A stretch of 64,000 nt of DNA, taken from the NCBI GenBank assembly GCA_964016885.1, contig OZ024745.1:109120001-109184000 (forward strand), given 5' to 3'. Positions 38,796 through 52,770 of this stretch are shown piece after piece; within the stretch, counting starts at the first letter, position 1, and the number at the start of each line of letters is the position of its first letter. Below the pieces are notes generated by a model that did no database searches, was not told the DNA's origin, and saw only the letters and a program-made list of their open reading frames with translations. This stretch comes from Eledone cirrhosa. Its lineage: Eukaryota. The translations under genes were made by a program, and so were the position numbers.

Positions 38796-39626
38796 TGAAG
38801 AGCGGAAGGGAGAATGTGTAGGTGGGTAAGTAGGTGTAGTTGAAACGAAAGCCGGATGCCAAGAACCATAGGGAGTAAGTCGAAAGAAAGACTAGAGCGT
38901 CAGGCACCGGAAGGAAGTTTCCCTCCATCGACTTTGTTATAAACTATTTGTTTGAGTTCATTGATATTTTATGAATGACGGTCTCAAATGTTCAATTAGC
39001 AAGTCACGTTGATGAGAAAAGTAGTGGGGGGAGGAAGGGACGCGAAAGAAGCGGGTGACAGTAAAGTAACAAGATACGGAGAGAGAGAGAGAGGTACAAG
39101 GTAACGAGATTTCAAGAAAGGAAGGGGAAGAAAATGTAATATATATATATATATATATATAAATATATATATAAATATAAATTTAGTGAGAATCGTATTT
39201 CGGCGGGTATATATATATATATGTGTATATATATGTGTGTGTGTAAAATAGTTTTAAAGAATAAGAGCACACATATATATATATATAATTGTTTCTACAT
39301 TTGGCACAAGGCCAGCAATTAACCAATGCATTACTGGTACCTTATTTTATCGACCCCGTAAGGATGAAAGGTAAAGTCAACCTCGGCGGGATTTGAACTC
39401 AGATCGTAAAGGGACGTAACTATGCTGGAAAGCATGGCGTCCGACCCTCTACCGATACTGCCAATCCACTATATATATAATTGTTCTATTTTAGGCACAA
39501 GGCCAGCAATTACCCAGTACATTACTGGTATTTTATTTTATCGACCCCGCAAGGATGAAAGGCAAAGTTAACCTCGGCGGGATTTGAGCTATATATATAA
39601 TGAGAGTAAGAGAGACAGATAGATAG

Positions 39627-39748
<122 letters not shown>

Positions 39749-40055
39749 GAAAGGTATAGAAAGTATATATATATATATAAAACAGAGGATGTCTGTCTGT
39801 GTGTCTTCTATATATATAAAATAGAGGATGTCTATCTGTGTGTCTGTTTCCCTAAAACTCGAGAAGTACCCAACCGTTTTTTTCCAAACTTTACACATGT
39901 AACCCGTATGGCCCCGGAAGTGTTTTGAGCAAAAAAAAATCTCGAATTTTCAATGCCCTAGGGACCGCATTAGGCGATTTAGCGATCTCTTTCTCTTTCT
40001 ATTGGTCTTTCTCTTTTTAGATAGATACATAGATATGACGTCGCGCCTTCATAAT

Positions 40056-40245
40056 TGTTTCTACTTTAGGCACAAGGCCAGCAATTACCCAGTGCATTAC
40101 TGGTACTTTATTTTATCGACCCCGTAAGGATGAAAGGCAAAGTCAACCTCGGAGGGATTTGAACTCAGATCGTAAAGGGACGTAACTATGCTGGAAAGCA
40201 TGGCGTCCGACCCTCTACCGATACTGCCAATCCACCACCCTTCAT
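40056..40245 (-). mobile_element. Near full-length SINE-A with 17 bp TSD
   Basis: cgtcgcgccttcataat at 40039-40055 and 40246-40262. Confidence 0.9.
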
Positions 40246-40721
40246 CGTCGCGCCTTCATAATATCTGTCTGTATGCCTGACTGTCTGCATTACGTCATTA
40301 TGACGCGATCAGTGTGTGTGTGTATATATATTCTTATGCCAGGGAACGTCTTCACGAACCAAAGTATCGTCTTCCTGTTTTCCAGATTTATTTTTTTTAG
40401 TTTAAGAAGATCCCGTTAAGGTTGAAAGCAGCGATTCTTTGCTTAAACATTAATATGTTATTTTAATATAGATATTCGTGTACAGATATTTTTGCATACA
40501 CAAAAACAAAATACAAACAAACAAGGCCAAAGATTACATCAATTAGTCTTAGTGTATGTACTTCATACTGCTTTTAGGTAGAATATCCCGTTAAGGGTGA
40601 AAGCAGCGATTCATTTTCTGCGTTCACGGATTGATTTTTTTAGTTTCAGAAGATCCCGTTAAGTGTGAAAGCAGTGATTCTTTGCTTAAACTTTAATCTG
40701 TTATTTTAATATATATATATA

Positions 40722-41120
40722 TCTCTACATCTAAGGCGGGTAAAATTCCCGAGATCCATGGACGAGTTCTCTCCAGCGGTCTCTGTCCCTCATTATCGCT
40801 GCCATATCCTGCATCTCCAACAGACCAGTGTCTGTCCTTAGGGCATCAACATATGTTAACCTTGGTCTTCCTCTTCTAGTGTGTCCATGTAGGGGCTCTG
40901 TGCTGCTGTATGGGTCTGAGACTTGGACACTGACCAAGAGACTCACTCAGATGGTGGATGGGTGCTACACGAGAATGCTGAGGATGGCTCTGAACATTAA
41001 TCAGTATACACTGAGGATGAAAAACTCAGAGCTGTATGGGAGCATCCCAAAAGTCAGCTCAAAAGTGACACAGAGGAGACTGAGGTTGGCTGGACATGCT
41101 CACCGACATCCAGAGTTGAC

Positions 41121-41121
<1 letters not shown>
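40722..41121 (-). mobile_element. RTE-clade LINE 3' fragment with 5' inversion, inside (TA)n
   Basis: - strand EPLHGHTRRGRPRLTYVDALRTDTG...MRDRDRWRELV..stop (40731-40898); + strand SVLLYGSETWTLTKRLTQMVDGCYTRMLRMALN...RRLRLAGHAHRHPELT (40897-41121). Confidence 0.9.
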
Positions 41122-41144
<23 letters not shown>

Positions 41145-41151
<7 letters not shown>

Positions 41152-41372
41152 TAACAGATTAAAGTTTAAGCAAAGAATCGCTGCTTTCACCCTTAACGGG
41201 ATCTTCTGAAACTCTTGAGAAGATCCCGTTAAGGGTGGAAGCAGCGATTCTTTGCTTAAACTTTAATCTGTTATTTTAATAAATATTTGCTCTACGGTTC
41301 TTATATATTTGATATATATTTATCCTTATCGAGCCCTCTTTGGATTTTAGTCTTCAAATTTATTATTATTAC
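41145..41372. mobile_element. Foldback family C, second copy
   Basis: Same outer ends as 6107-6323 but a different central junction. Confidence 0.75.
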
Positions 41373-41539
41373 TATATATATATATATATAATTATATATT
41401 CATGGACAGATATTTTCGCATACACAATAACAAAATATAAACAAACGCATTTATTTCACGAGGCTCGATAAGGATAAATATATATCAAATACATAAGAAC
41501 CCTAGAGCAAATCCCGAGCAACGCCGGGCCATTCTGCTA

Positions 41540-41590
<51 letters not shown>

Positions 41591-41768
41591 AATTTAGATA
41601 GATAGATACAGGCTGGAAATAAAAGACAGAGAGCAAATTTAATGAGATAGTGAGAGAAAGCAGGCAAACAAGAATGATATATCAAGATGAGGGTGAAAGG
41701 AGATATGAGACGTGTGGGAGTAACAGAGAAAGTAAGATAGAGCCAGACGGGATATAAACGACAAATAG

Positions 41769-42030
41769 CGCAAGACAGAACTGAAATATCGGTCGATCTC
41801 CGACAGGTTTGAGGTCGAGCCCGTGACAGTGGAGACTTCTGGTGTCTTTGGCCCTAGAGCCACCTCTTTAATCACCAGCATCTGCACAGAGTTGGCTACC
41901 AGTAAGTGTAAGTCTCGCGAGCTGGAATAGCTCTTCCAGTGCGCCTCCCTCGTCATCCTCCGGGGAAACGCTTTCTCTATTCTGTCCGCTGGGGCCGTAG
42001 GGCGGCCAGCGTGTGGGCCCCCATTAACTC
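41769..42030 (+). pseudogene. CRE-like non-LTR retrotransposon, restriction-like endonuclease C-terminal fragment
   Basis: RKTELKYRSISDRFEVEPVTVETSGVFGPRATSLITSI...RELE*LFQCASLVILRGNAFSIL matches the KY...P..VET.G..G..A and LFQ..S..I.RGNA motifs; one in-frame stop. Confidence 0.75.
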
Positions 42031-42322
42031 ATAAAATTAAGAGATGGGGAGAGCAGGAAAGACGGAGACAGTGACCGTGAGATTTTGGTTCCTTTGTGTT
42101 CGGACCTGGTGTATATGTGTATGTTTCACGGACACACACTAATGTTGAGTAGGAGTTTAAAAGCAGAGAACTATTAAGTTGAAGAAATACATAAAAATAA
42201 ACAACGAAATAAAAGCTGAAGTTTGTGGATAAGAACGCTGGACTAAGTGTCATTCAGTATTTAGTGTGGTTAACCTATGTGCTTTGGTATTAATGTCGTT
42301 CAAATATAAACTTTAGCATTGG

Positions 42323-42497
42323 CAGACCTATCAACTCTCTCCGTCCGATGAGGAGATCTCCCTCTCACTTTGGGGTGGATGAGAGATGTCTTATCTTGTG
42401 AAAAAGGGTATAGCTTTCGTTATGTAAAATCTCCCCGTTTTGGGGCACCTTTTTTCATGGTACTCCCTGTTTGGGTTTTTAGAGGTTGGTAGATCTA
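42323..42497. mobile_element. MITE with 13 bp TIRs and 6 bp TSD
   Basis: CAGACCTATCAAC...GTTGGTAGATCTA flanked by cattgg on both sides. Confidence 0.8.
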
Positions 42498-43739
42498 CAT
42501 TGGTGTGGGGTATAGGAAAACCGGTTTCTGGTAGATGTAGCTCAATGGAAGACGTATTGAAGGTCAGTGAACAAAGTTATAAGAGAGCTGCTTGATTGCG
42601 ACCTTTTTCATAATCTTACAATTAATGGAAGTGGGATAAAGGTAAAAGCATTTAGATAACTGAATCAGATAGGTTGCTTGTCTTGCAAAACAGGAAGGGA
42701 GGGCACTATATAATATGATCCTGAATTGTTATAACGTCAGTATTTTTTCCGGGTCTCCGCGTGTCAAGTTCAAATACGGCTAAGTTCAACTTCGGTTCTT
42801 ATCTTTTCGTGGTTGATAAATAAAGTAGTTGGTGGAATTGTTATATAGTCGGAGAGAATATTTTGCTGAATGTGATCAGATATTGTGCGTTCAGTCCTTC
42901 TCTCGAGAGTTGCGACCGGTATCTAATATCAGCAATGGTAAAAATTAGTTTCCGTGGTCTGATTTGACGAGCGGCTGCTATCCTTTCTTTTCCTTAGTTA
43001 CGTACCTCTTGAAAAATAACTGGACTGGGACAATTTTACTTTCGGTCTGATGTGGAATTCAATAACAACAAGATTTGGGGCATTAATAGTAAATGCCTGA
43101 AAATAGAGATGTAGAGGTTCCCGGTGGATTTTGTTTTAATTCTCAGTCATTAAATTTCACTGAAGTTACTAAGGCTCTACAATAAGGGTGGGGACTTTTT
43201 TAATACCAGAGTGTGAACTGCAATTTTCATAACATATGGGATACGTCTGTTGAGAAAAATAATGAATTTTTAATTTTATAAACTCATAGATTTGCATCGT
43301 ATATTAAATTACAGTTGTGGTATTAAGATTTAAATCTTTTTTATTTTTATTTTTCGTATAGGTTTTTAGAGACTTCGTTAGTGGGTGGTTTCAAATTTGA
43401 ATACGGGTGAAGGCTTCACCGCCCCTGCTTTACAAAGTCCCTGCTAATTATTAGGATAGTTATTAGTTAATTATTAGGGTAGCTGCCATGTTAAAACCAA
43501 AAGACACACAACCCACTCTAGATCACATAAATTAATTCTATACGAGTATATAGCTTTGCATTAAAGTAGTTTTAACATTCAAACTCCCAAATTGAGCATA
43601 TAGACGTGAGAACAAGAGTAACATGATTTTGACAAAGTTGACTCATTTGAAAAAAAAATCAAAATTACTCTCTCTCTCTCTCTCCAAATTATATACAACC
43701 TTTACAGTCAACTGGAATTTACTATTCGATAATCTACAA

Positions 43740-43872
43740 TAGGGTTTCCCAAACTTTTTCAAACGTGCAACCCTTTTTGGGGGAACCCCAAAGTCTAATA
43801 AAAATATACTCTTCGACCCTTTTTTACGGAATCCCAGACAATAATTTGCAGAACCCACTTTGTGAACCACTG
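43740..43872. mobile_element. hAT (Charlie/MER5-like) MITE
   Basis: TAGGGTTTCCCAAA...TTTGTGAACCACTG with a perfect 8 bp TSD atctacaa. Confidence 0.85.
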
Positions 43873-44158
43873 ATCTACAAGATCAATTTTGAAAGATTGT
43901 TGCATTTGAAACATGCCTAAAAATTATGAATGGCATTCATTACATTGCATGTTGTCTCTACTGAAGCAGACCTATGTGAACAGATTAAACAAGTGTTTCT
44001 AGTCAGTAAAGGCAATGCGTAGAGGCCCCGCCATTGGCTGGGAGCCATGATGTTTATTGTGACTATAAATGTATCCTCCTCTGATTCTAATGATAGTCTC
44101 TGGTTAATAGTATTCAACTGATTTAATTGGTTTGTAAAGAATTTCCACGAGAAACCAA

Positions 44159-44208
<50 letters not shown>

Positions 44209-44215
44209 ACACACC

Positions 44216-44282
<67 letters not shown>

Positions 44283-44406
44283 CATATACATCTCTATCGC
44301 TGATTAATTGTGGAATTATCCTTAGATATGGGTGTCTCAGCTTTTAATAACAGATAAACCCCACCAAATACCGTCTATTGGTTACTAGAGAACAATGAAA
44401 GCACGC

Positions 44407-44815
44407 ACGAGAGAGAGAAAGAGAGGAGAGAGAAACGAGAGGAGAGAGAAACGAGAGGAGAGAGAAAGAGAGGAGAGAGAAACGAGAGTGAGAAAGAGAG
44501 GAGAGAGAAACGAGAGAGAGAAAGAGAGGAGAGAGAAACGAGAGGAGAGAGAAAGAGAGGAGAGAGAAACGAGAGAGAGAAAGAGAGGAGAGAGAAACGA
44601 GAGAGAGAAAGAGAGGAGAGAGAAACGAAAGGAGAGAGAAACGAGAGGAGAGAGAAAGAGAGGAGAGAGAAACGAGAGAGAGAAAGAGAGGAGAGAGAAA
44701 CGAAAGGAGAGAGAAACGAGAGGAGAGAGAAACGAGAGAGAGAAAGAGAGGAGAGAGAAACGAAAGGAGAGAGAAACAAGACGACAGAGAGGAGAGAGAA
44801 AGAGAGGAGAGAGAG
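44407..44815. repeat. GA-rich minisatellite
   Basis: Repeated gaggagagagaaa(c)ga units. Confidence 0.95.
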
Positions 44816-47568
44816 ACTTTAAAGAAAATAATGAAGTTGAACTTGAAAAGATTTCAAAATCAAGATAAACTCCAGAATATTCTGATGATACGTCCTAGTA
44901 ATGGCGTTGTATAAGACGGGGTAAGAAAAACAACCGAAACAAGAGGATACTGTTCTTCTGAGTTCAAGTCCTTGGCGGATCAATCCCTCTCTTATGTTAT
45001 CGAGATAGATGATAAAAGTACAAGGCGTATAGGATCGATTTATTGACAATACTCATTTACTTGTATCTAATTGAAAGAAATCAATATTGTTATTGTCTTT
45101 GCTTTCAAGATCACGATTTCAAATTGCTTCTTTATTTAATTGACTTACCTAGGTGAAATAATCTCTTGTCATCAGAACTAATATATTAATTAGAGCATTA
45201 ATTAATGCATTCATTAGAGTACTACTGAACTGAATATTTCGTCTTCATATTATGAACCAAGTAAAGAAAAGTCAGGTGGAGTTTATAGCTCTAAGCTATA
45301 TGGGGACATTCGAAGTTAGTAATTCAATCTAGTGAAACTCCTGTAAAAGCAGTGCTCCGGCATTGTCATGAAAACTAAAGGACTATATAGTTTATACATA
45401 GCACTATACGCTATAAAGTGGTTGGTAATAGGACGGGCATCCAGCTTGTAGAAAGCTTGGTAAACAAAATGTGTGTGTGTGTGTGGGGGGGGGGGGGGGT
45501 GTTTAGTTTTGTCAAAAACATGACAACCTCACTTGTGCCGCTACATTCGGTAGAACGTGACACTTTATGTTAATGAGATGCTAACCCCGACCTATCTGGG
45601 AGGTCAGTAACCCAGCTTCAGTACTGTCTATGAAGACCTGTCCAACCCTTGTTAGCAGGAAAAGTGGTCGTTAATGATGACGATGATAGCACGTCAACTA
45701 GGCATCTATCTACTCCTGACTATAGTTAAGTTAGTGTTAATATATATAAAGCAGAGGGTAGAACAATGACAGAACTGGTAGAGCGACGGATAAAACACTG
45801 TTACGGTATTTCTTCTTTCTTTTTACATTCAGAATTCAAATCCTGTCGAGATCAACTTTGCCTTTCATCGTTCCAGGATCGATAAAATAAGTACCAGTTA
45901 AGTATTGAGGTTGATGTAATCAACTTTGTCTTTCCCTCAAATTTGTTAGCCTTATGCCTTAATTAGAAATAACTAATTTGGGGAGTAGATCAAATATGCC
46001 ACCCGGTTTAACCATGAATACAAATGCGCGCAAAAACGCACACAGACCCATAATATCGATTTTTAATTTTGGCGCAAGGCCAGCAAATTTGGAGGAAGAG
46101 CAAGGTTGATTAAAACAACCCTAGTACTTGACTGCTACATTATTTTGTCGACACTGGAAGGATGAAAAGCAAAGTCGATCTCGGCGGGATTTGAAATCAG
46201 AATGTAAACAGCCAGAACATCTTTGTCAACTTGAGACTAAAAGAAAACAAACAAACAAAAAAAAAACACGCAAAGAAATCTACTGATGGATATTGAACCA
46301 TGTATCTCTTGTCAACCAACAAGTAAAACAGAGTGATCCAATTCATAAGCCTGATGTAATTGTTTATTTCCAAATTAACCCTGGTTGAACAGACCCAGTG
46401 TCAACGATATTCTATGAGATCGTTTCGTATTTTTGTATATTTGAAATAACAGTTTTTGATGTGAACTTTTCAAGACACTAGTGGGTGTATGCTGGAAAAA
46501 TTCAGGTGCTATTTCTAGTAGGTCGAGTGATCAGAAGCTGGGAACCTGCGGCTGTTTAGTCTATCTTGAGTAGCTCTTAGGCGCTCTGATTTTTAATATT
46601 ATTTTTAAAAATATAAATCGGAGTGGTTCTTGGCGTTTTGATATTTATTATTTTTTTACATATTAAATCTGAAATTTTTGTATTAAAATAAAAGCATGTC
46701 TTTTGAGACGAATATTGAAGCAATTTCAAATAAGATTCAAAACCAAAAATTACATTGAGTAAGAAAAAATTGAGTTAAATTTCTGTTTTCTTGTATGTAT
46801 TTTTGTCAATAATAACCTATGCGACTCTGATAGTCTCAATTATTTTTTAAAGCTAAAAATGGCTCTTGAAATTGAAATGGTCGCCCCTCTCCTAGTCTAG
46901 AGGGTGATACATTTTGTAGAACACCACTGTATTTTTCCATGCAACTATTAACAAATAAGTTCATAATAAACATCAAATTACCCCAACTTCATCTCTCTAG
47001 CAAGATATGCAAAGGTGGTGAGCATTGTACTTTTCTCTCATCAGACTATGTCATAATGGAAAACAAAAAGGAAACATACTCGAATCAAAGTCCGCTTTGA
47101 GATTGCTTATAAAAGTAACATTCTCTTACCTTCTGCAGGTTCATAAGGAGAATTTATTAAGTTCTATTTAATTCAATTAATTTGTGATGTAGTGAAAGAC
47201 ATACGTAAAAAGGACCTGTTATTTGAAGAAAAGAAAACAAAAAAATTGGCGTCAGTTGGTGGTGATACTTAAAGAGAAGGGATGATAATTTCAATAAAAT
47301 CTAATTGTTATGCTTAGATTCATCTAACTATAAATTACATACTTCGTAACTAAGTGACCTGGAAAAATGACAGTTAAGTGTTTGGGTCGTGAACACACCT
47401 CAGCGTTGGTGACGAGACATAGATCATTAACCCTTCAACTGGATACTTTGTATACTATTTTCTTGGGATAAGTGCAAGCGTATAATTACTAGCTTTGAAG
47501 AGGTCAAGACCAGTAAACTTGCTGGTCAGCCGGAACAGAGGGGCCCTCCGCAGGGATTTTAGCAATTA

Positions 47569-48888
<1,320 letters not shown>

Positions 48889-51800
48889 GGTTGCTGCCAA
48901 CTCGTTTTCGAGTACGGCCACTACTTTATATCCATGTAGGAGAACCCCTACCGATGTGCTGAGTTCAAATCTCGCCGAGGTTTACTTTGCCTTTCATCCT
49001 TACGGGGTCGATAAAATAAAGTACCAGTAATGCACTGGGTAATTGCTGGCCTTGTGCCAAAAGTAGAAACAATTATATATATATATATGGAAAATACATA
49101 TAGATACATAAGTATAAACACATATATGTGACTGGTGTCTAACCTGTACCAGTTTTGCTCGATGAATGAAATAGATAAATAAATGATCAATTAATCAGAA
49201 CTATATAAAGTTATAAGTGTGAAGAACAGACAGACAATATTTACCTAATTTTTCCTCGTAACCCCGAAAGAGTTAAATAGATAAATAATTAATTAATCAG
49301 AGCTATATATAATTATAAGTGCGAAGAGAAAATAGACAAAACTTACCCATACATACAGATATATTTGGGAATAAGGATACACTCACAGTGTATCCTTACC
49401 TGAGAAGTTAGAACATTCGAAACCTACCCCGAAGAATCTCTTTCCACCGTAAATCTGATGTACAATTTACAATATCGTTTGTCTCAACTCTATAAGAAAT
49501 CTAATCGTGAAATTTTATATACAGGGTGTTCCCCAAAAATGTATACACATTTTGATTATCTATTATCTATTACAGGCAATATTCTTAGAATGCTGTTGAA
49601 GTATGTATACATTTTTTGGGACACCCTGTATTTACCTCTTTGTCGAAAGATACCCATAATTTTCCTGTCCACTCTATATTGTGATATTCTCTTACATGCA
49701 TCTTACCAACAGAGCGGTCTACCGAACTCTTCCGCGAACTGGTGTTGAAAGTATATGCATGGCCCCGTAACACGCGAGGGGTTCGCAAGGGCACCGCATT
49801 GACATACGGCGTTTCTAGGGCGTTTTAAAACTTGGCGGAACCCAATCCTCTCCAGGTCTGAATACAGAGATTTCTTCCAGAGAAGGATAGAAAATGAGAG
49901 AATGAAAGTGAGAAAGTTACAGAGAAAGAATCAACTGATACTTTTTATCAACCTCAGATGTTTGAAAGGCAAAGTTGACCTAGGCGGGATTTGAATTCAG
50001 AAAGTTGAAATGAATACCGCAAAGCATTCTATATGAAGTTCTCACGGTTTTACTAACACGCTGCCTGACGTTAAGTGCAAGCCCACCTTAATAGGCAAAA
50101 ATACACGCCCAGTGTCGAAGAGGTAGAGATGCAATTGTCTGTGCATTTTTCTGCATGCAAGCATACATACATACATAGATACCAGTATAAATTGATATCT
50201 TATTCCTTGAGACACATCGCAATACGATAAATGCGACATTCATCATTCGATAAATATACAGATTGTTTGACTCAATACCAGAGAAATATAATTGACTAAA
50301 TGCCCTTAAAGGCAGTGACAATGTGTGCTCCAGAATGGTCGCAATCCCAAAACTTGAACCAATAGAAATATTTTTTTTTTAAAATATGAAATAGCTCTGA
50401 CGTGTCAGACATTCCAAATATTCTTTCCTGTGAAAACTCCCTATTAACTCACTATAAACAGCATTGAAATAACTAACAGAACAATAGAGGACATGAAAGT
50501 AAAAGTAATTTAGTTGCTATTTCTGCCAAGTGAAGATATTGCATTGAGACCACTGAGGATATCGAAGAAAACTATATATAAATAATAATAATAATTGTTT
50601 CTACTTTAGGTACAAAGCCAGCAATTTCGGGGGAGAGGAAAGTTGATTAAATCGACCCCAGGGCATTACTGGTACTTTATTTTATCGACCCCGTAAAAAT
50701 GAAAGGCAAAGCTAACCTCGGCAGGATTTGAACGTAACTATGCTGCGAAGCATGTTGTCCGACGCTCTACCGATACTGCCAATCCACCTCCTTAATAATA
50801 ACTCAAAAAACATTATTTACAGAAAACTTCCACTGGGAATCAGCAGAATTAACCTGAACTGTGACCAGATAGTAAGACGAAACATTTTTTTTATTAAGCT
50901 CCTGGCCAGCCCTGGTTCTGCAAACCTAAGATCAGAGGCATTCCAAGAATGAACATCACGACTTTTCACAACTATTTCTAAAACTGTATTATCCAATATG
51001 TCTTTAACTCCCTCTAATACAGTCGGGAGTGATTTGAGGTAAATTTGCAGGTTGAGATTCTTTCGTTTATAGCATATGATACTATCAGAAAATAAAAGTT
51101 AATACAGCGGTATATGTGTGTTTTTAATGGTTATAATGACTCTTCCATAATGTAATTCTTTATTTACATTAATTTTCGTTTTCTATTGGTAACCATCAGA
51201 AAATATCATTAATCTATCACCAGAGATATTTCTTAAAATTTCTCAGCTGTAGGTAGAGGCAAACATCCTTGACAGATTATAATGAAATACAACATATTTA
51301 TTTAGCTTTTTTTTTTTTCTTACTTAATTGTCTATTCATTTAACCATTTATTTATTTTCATCTTCAGCAACAGCTGTCCTGAGTTTCCAACTCTTTCAAT
51401 GCATCCTAGCTTTTTTTTTTTATTTTTTTTATTATTTTTTTTAGTAGATTCTGACTTTCAGTAACCAATGTAAGTGTACGAAGATACGTATGTATGGTCC
51501 CGTAACTCCTGACAGAGTCGTAGGGGGCGCTGTATTGACATACGGCATTTCTTGGGTATTTTAAGCCTGGCGGAGCCCTTCCTTCTCCAGGCCTGAATAC
51601 AGCAGATTTCATCCAGAGAAAGATAGAAAGTAAGAGAGAGAGGAAATGAGAAAGAGATATAGAGAAAGAATCGACCCAGTACTAGACTGGTACATTTTTT
51701 TTATCGACCTCGAAAGGATGAATGGTAAAGTTGACCACGGCGGGATTTGAACTCAGAGAGCAGAGAGCTGGAACGAATATTATAAAGTATTCTATCTGAC

Positions 51801-51967
51801 ATTCTAACGACTCTGCCAATTCGCTGCCTATACGAACGGGAATGGTGAGCTGTGAAAACGATGGCGTATGGAAGAATCGGAAGATCGCTGGACACACTAC
51901 CTTACTGTATTTACTTTTCTTAGGTTTTGAGTTCAATTCCCGCTCTTGGTCAACTTTGCCTTTCATA

Positions 51968-52770
51968 CCACCACCACCACTTCTCCATCTCGTTTCCCCA
52001 CTGAGGGCGTCGTGGGGGAAGAGTCCTCAAACACTCCTTTTTGTGGCTCCTGTCTGAAGCAACCGCCTCCAACTGATCCGGCTCGGTCCCCAAGCGAAAC
52101 TAGTCAGACTCGTGGATGTTATTCAACCATCTTGCTCAGTGTCTATCCCCTGGGTCACTTCCCAGTTGGTTTTGCCCGTAAAATCTGTCCAGCAATTTTT
52201 TTCCTGATACATTCTATCCACATGCCCATAGTATCGGAGCTGTGATCTCTCAATTCGGACGGAAAAGTAACATCTCCACCTGGAGTGACTCTGATATCCG
52301 AGCTACGCACTCTATCGAGTAAGGCTACTTCCAAGACCCTTCTGAAGAACCCCATTTTGGCCACTTATATTAGCGATCGTATTCTTTCGGTCATTACCTA
52401 AGATTCATAACCATAGGTAAGTGTTGGCACGAATACCGAATTGAAGATAGAGCGTTTGGCTTTTACACCTAACTCTCTTCTGATTTCCGAATGCTGAAGC
52501 TAGTGCATTACTGCACCAGCTCCTGTAATTCTTGCACTTAATTCAGCCTTCTGCCTTACATCACTCGTAAACACGGCCCTGAGATACTTGAACGTCTCCA
52601 CCTGTTTCAGTTGCACTCAATTCACATGTAGAGCGCACTGCGCAGGTTTCCTTAAGAGGACGAGTGTCTTAGTATTCGCAGCACTGATTTTCATTCCAGC
52701 CATGCAGCACTCGGTATCAAACCTATAGAGTGCAAGTCGGAGATCATCTTCTGTTGAGTTACACCATGTC
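51968..52770 (-). mobile_element. Degenerate RTE-clade LINE 3' fragment
   Basis: GMKISAANTKTLV...QLKQVETFKYL...VFVPTLTYG...MGFFRRV...LLDRVRSSDIR with stops; (TGG)n tail abutting a SINE core. Confidence 0.85.

Larger units (their letters stand above)
39807..41540 (+). mobile_element. Non-autonomous Helitron with nested SINE, family C fragments and RTE
   Basis: TCTATATATATAAAA start (5' end duplicated just upstream), cccgagcaacgccggg hairpin at 41513-41528, CTAG|T end. Confidence 0.6.

Noticed and set aside
38409-38798. Open + frame encoding an acidic D/E tract followed by RRRKKRKRK
   Set aside because: No ATG or clear acceptor after the upstream stop; trinucleotide repeats keep frame by themselves.
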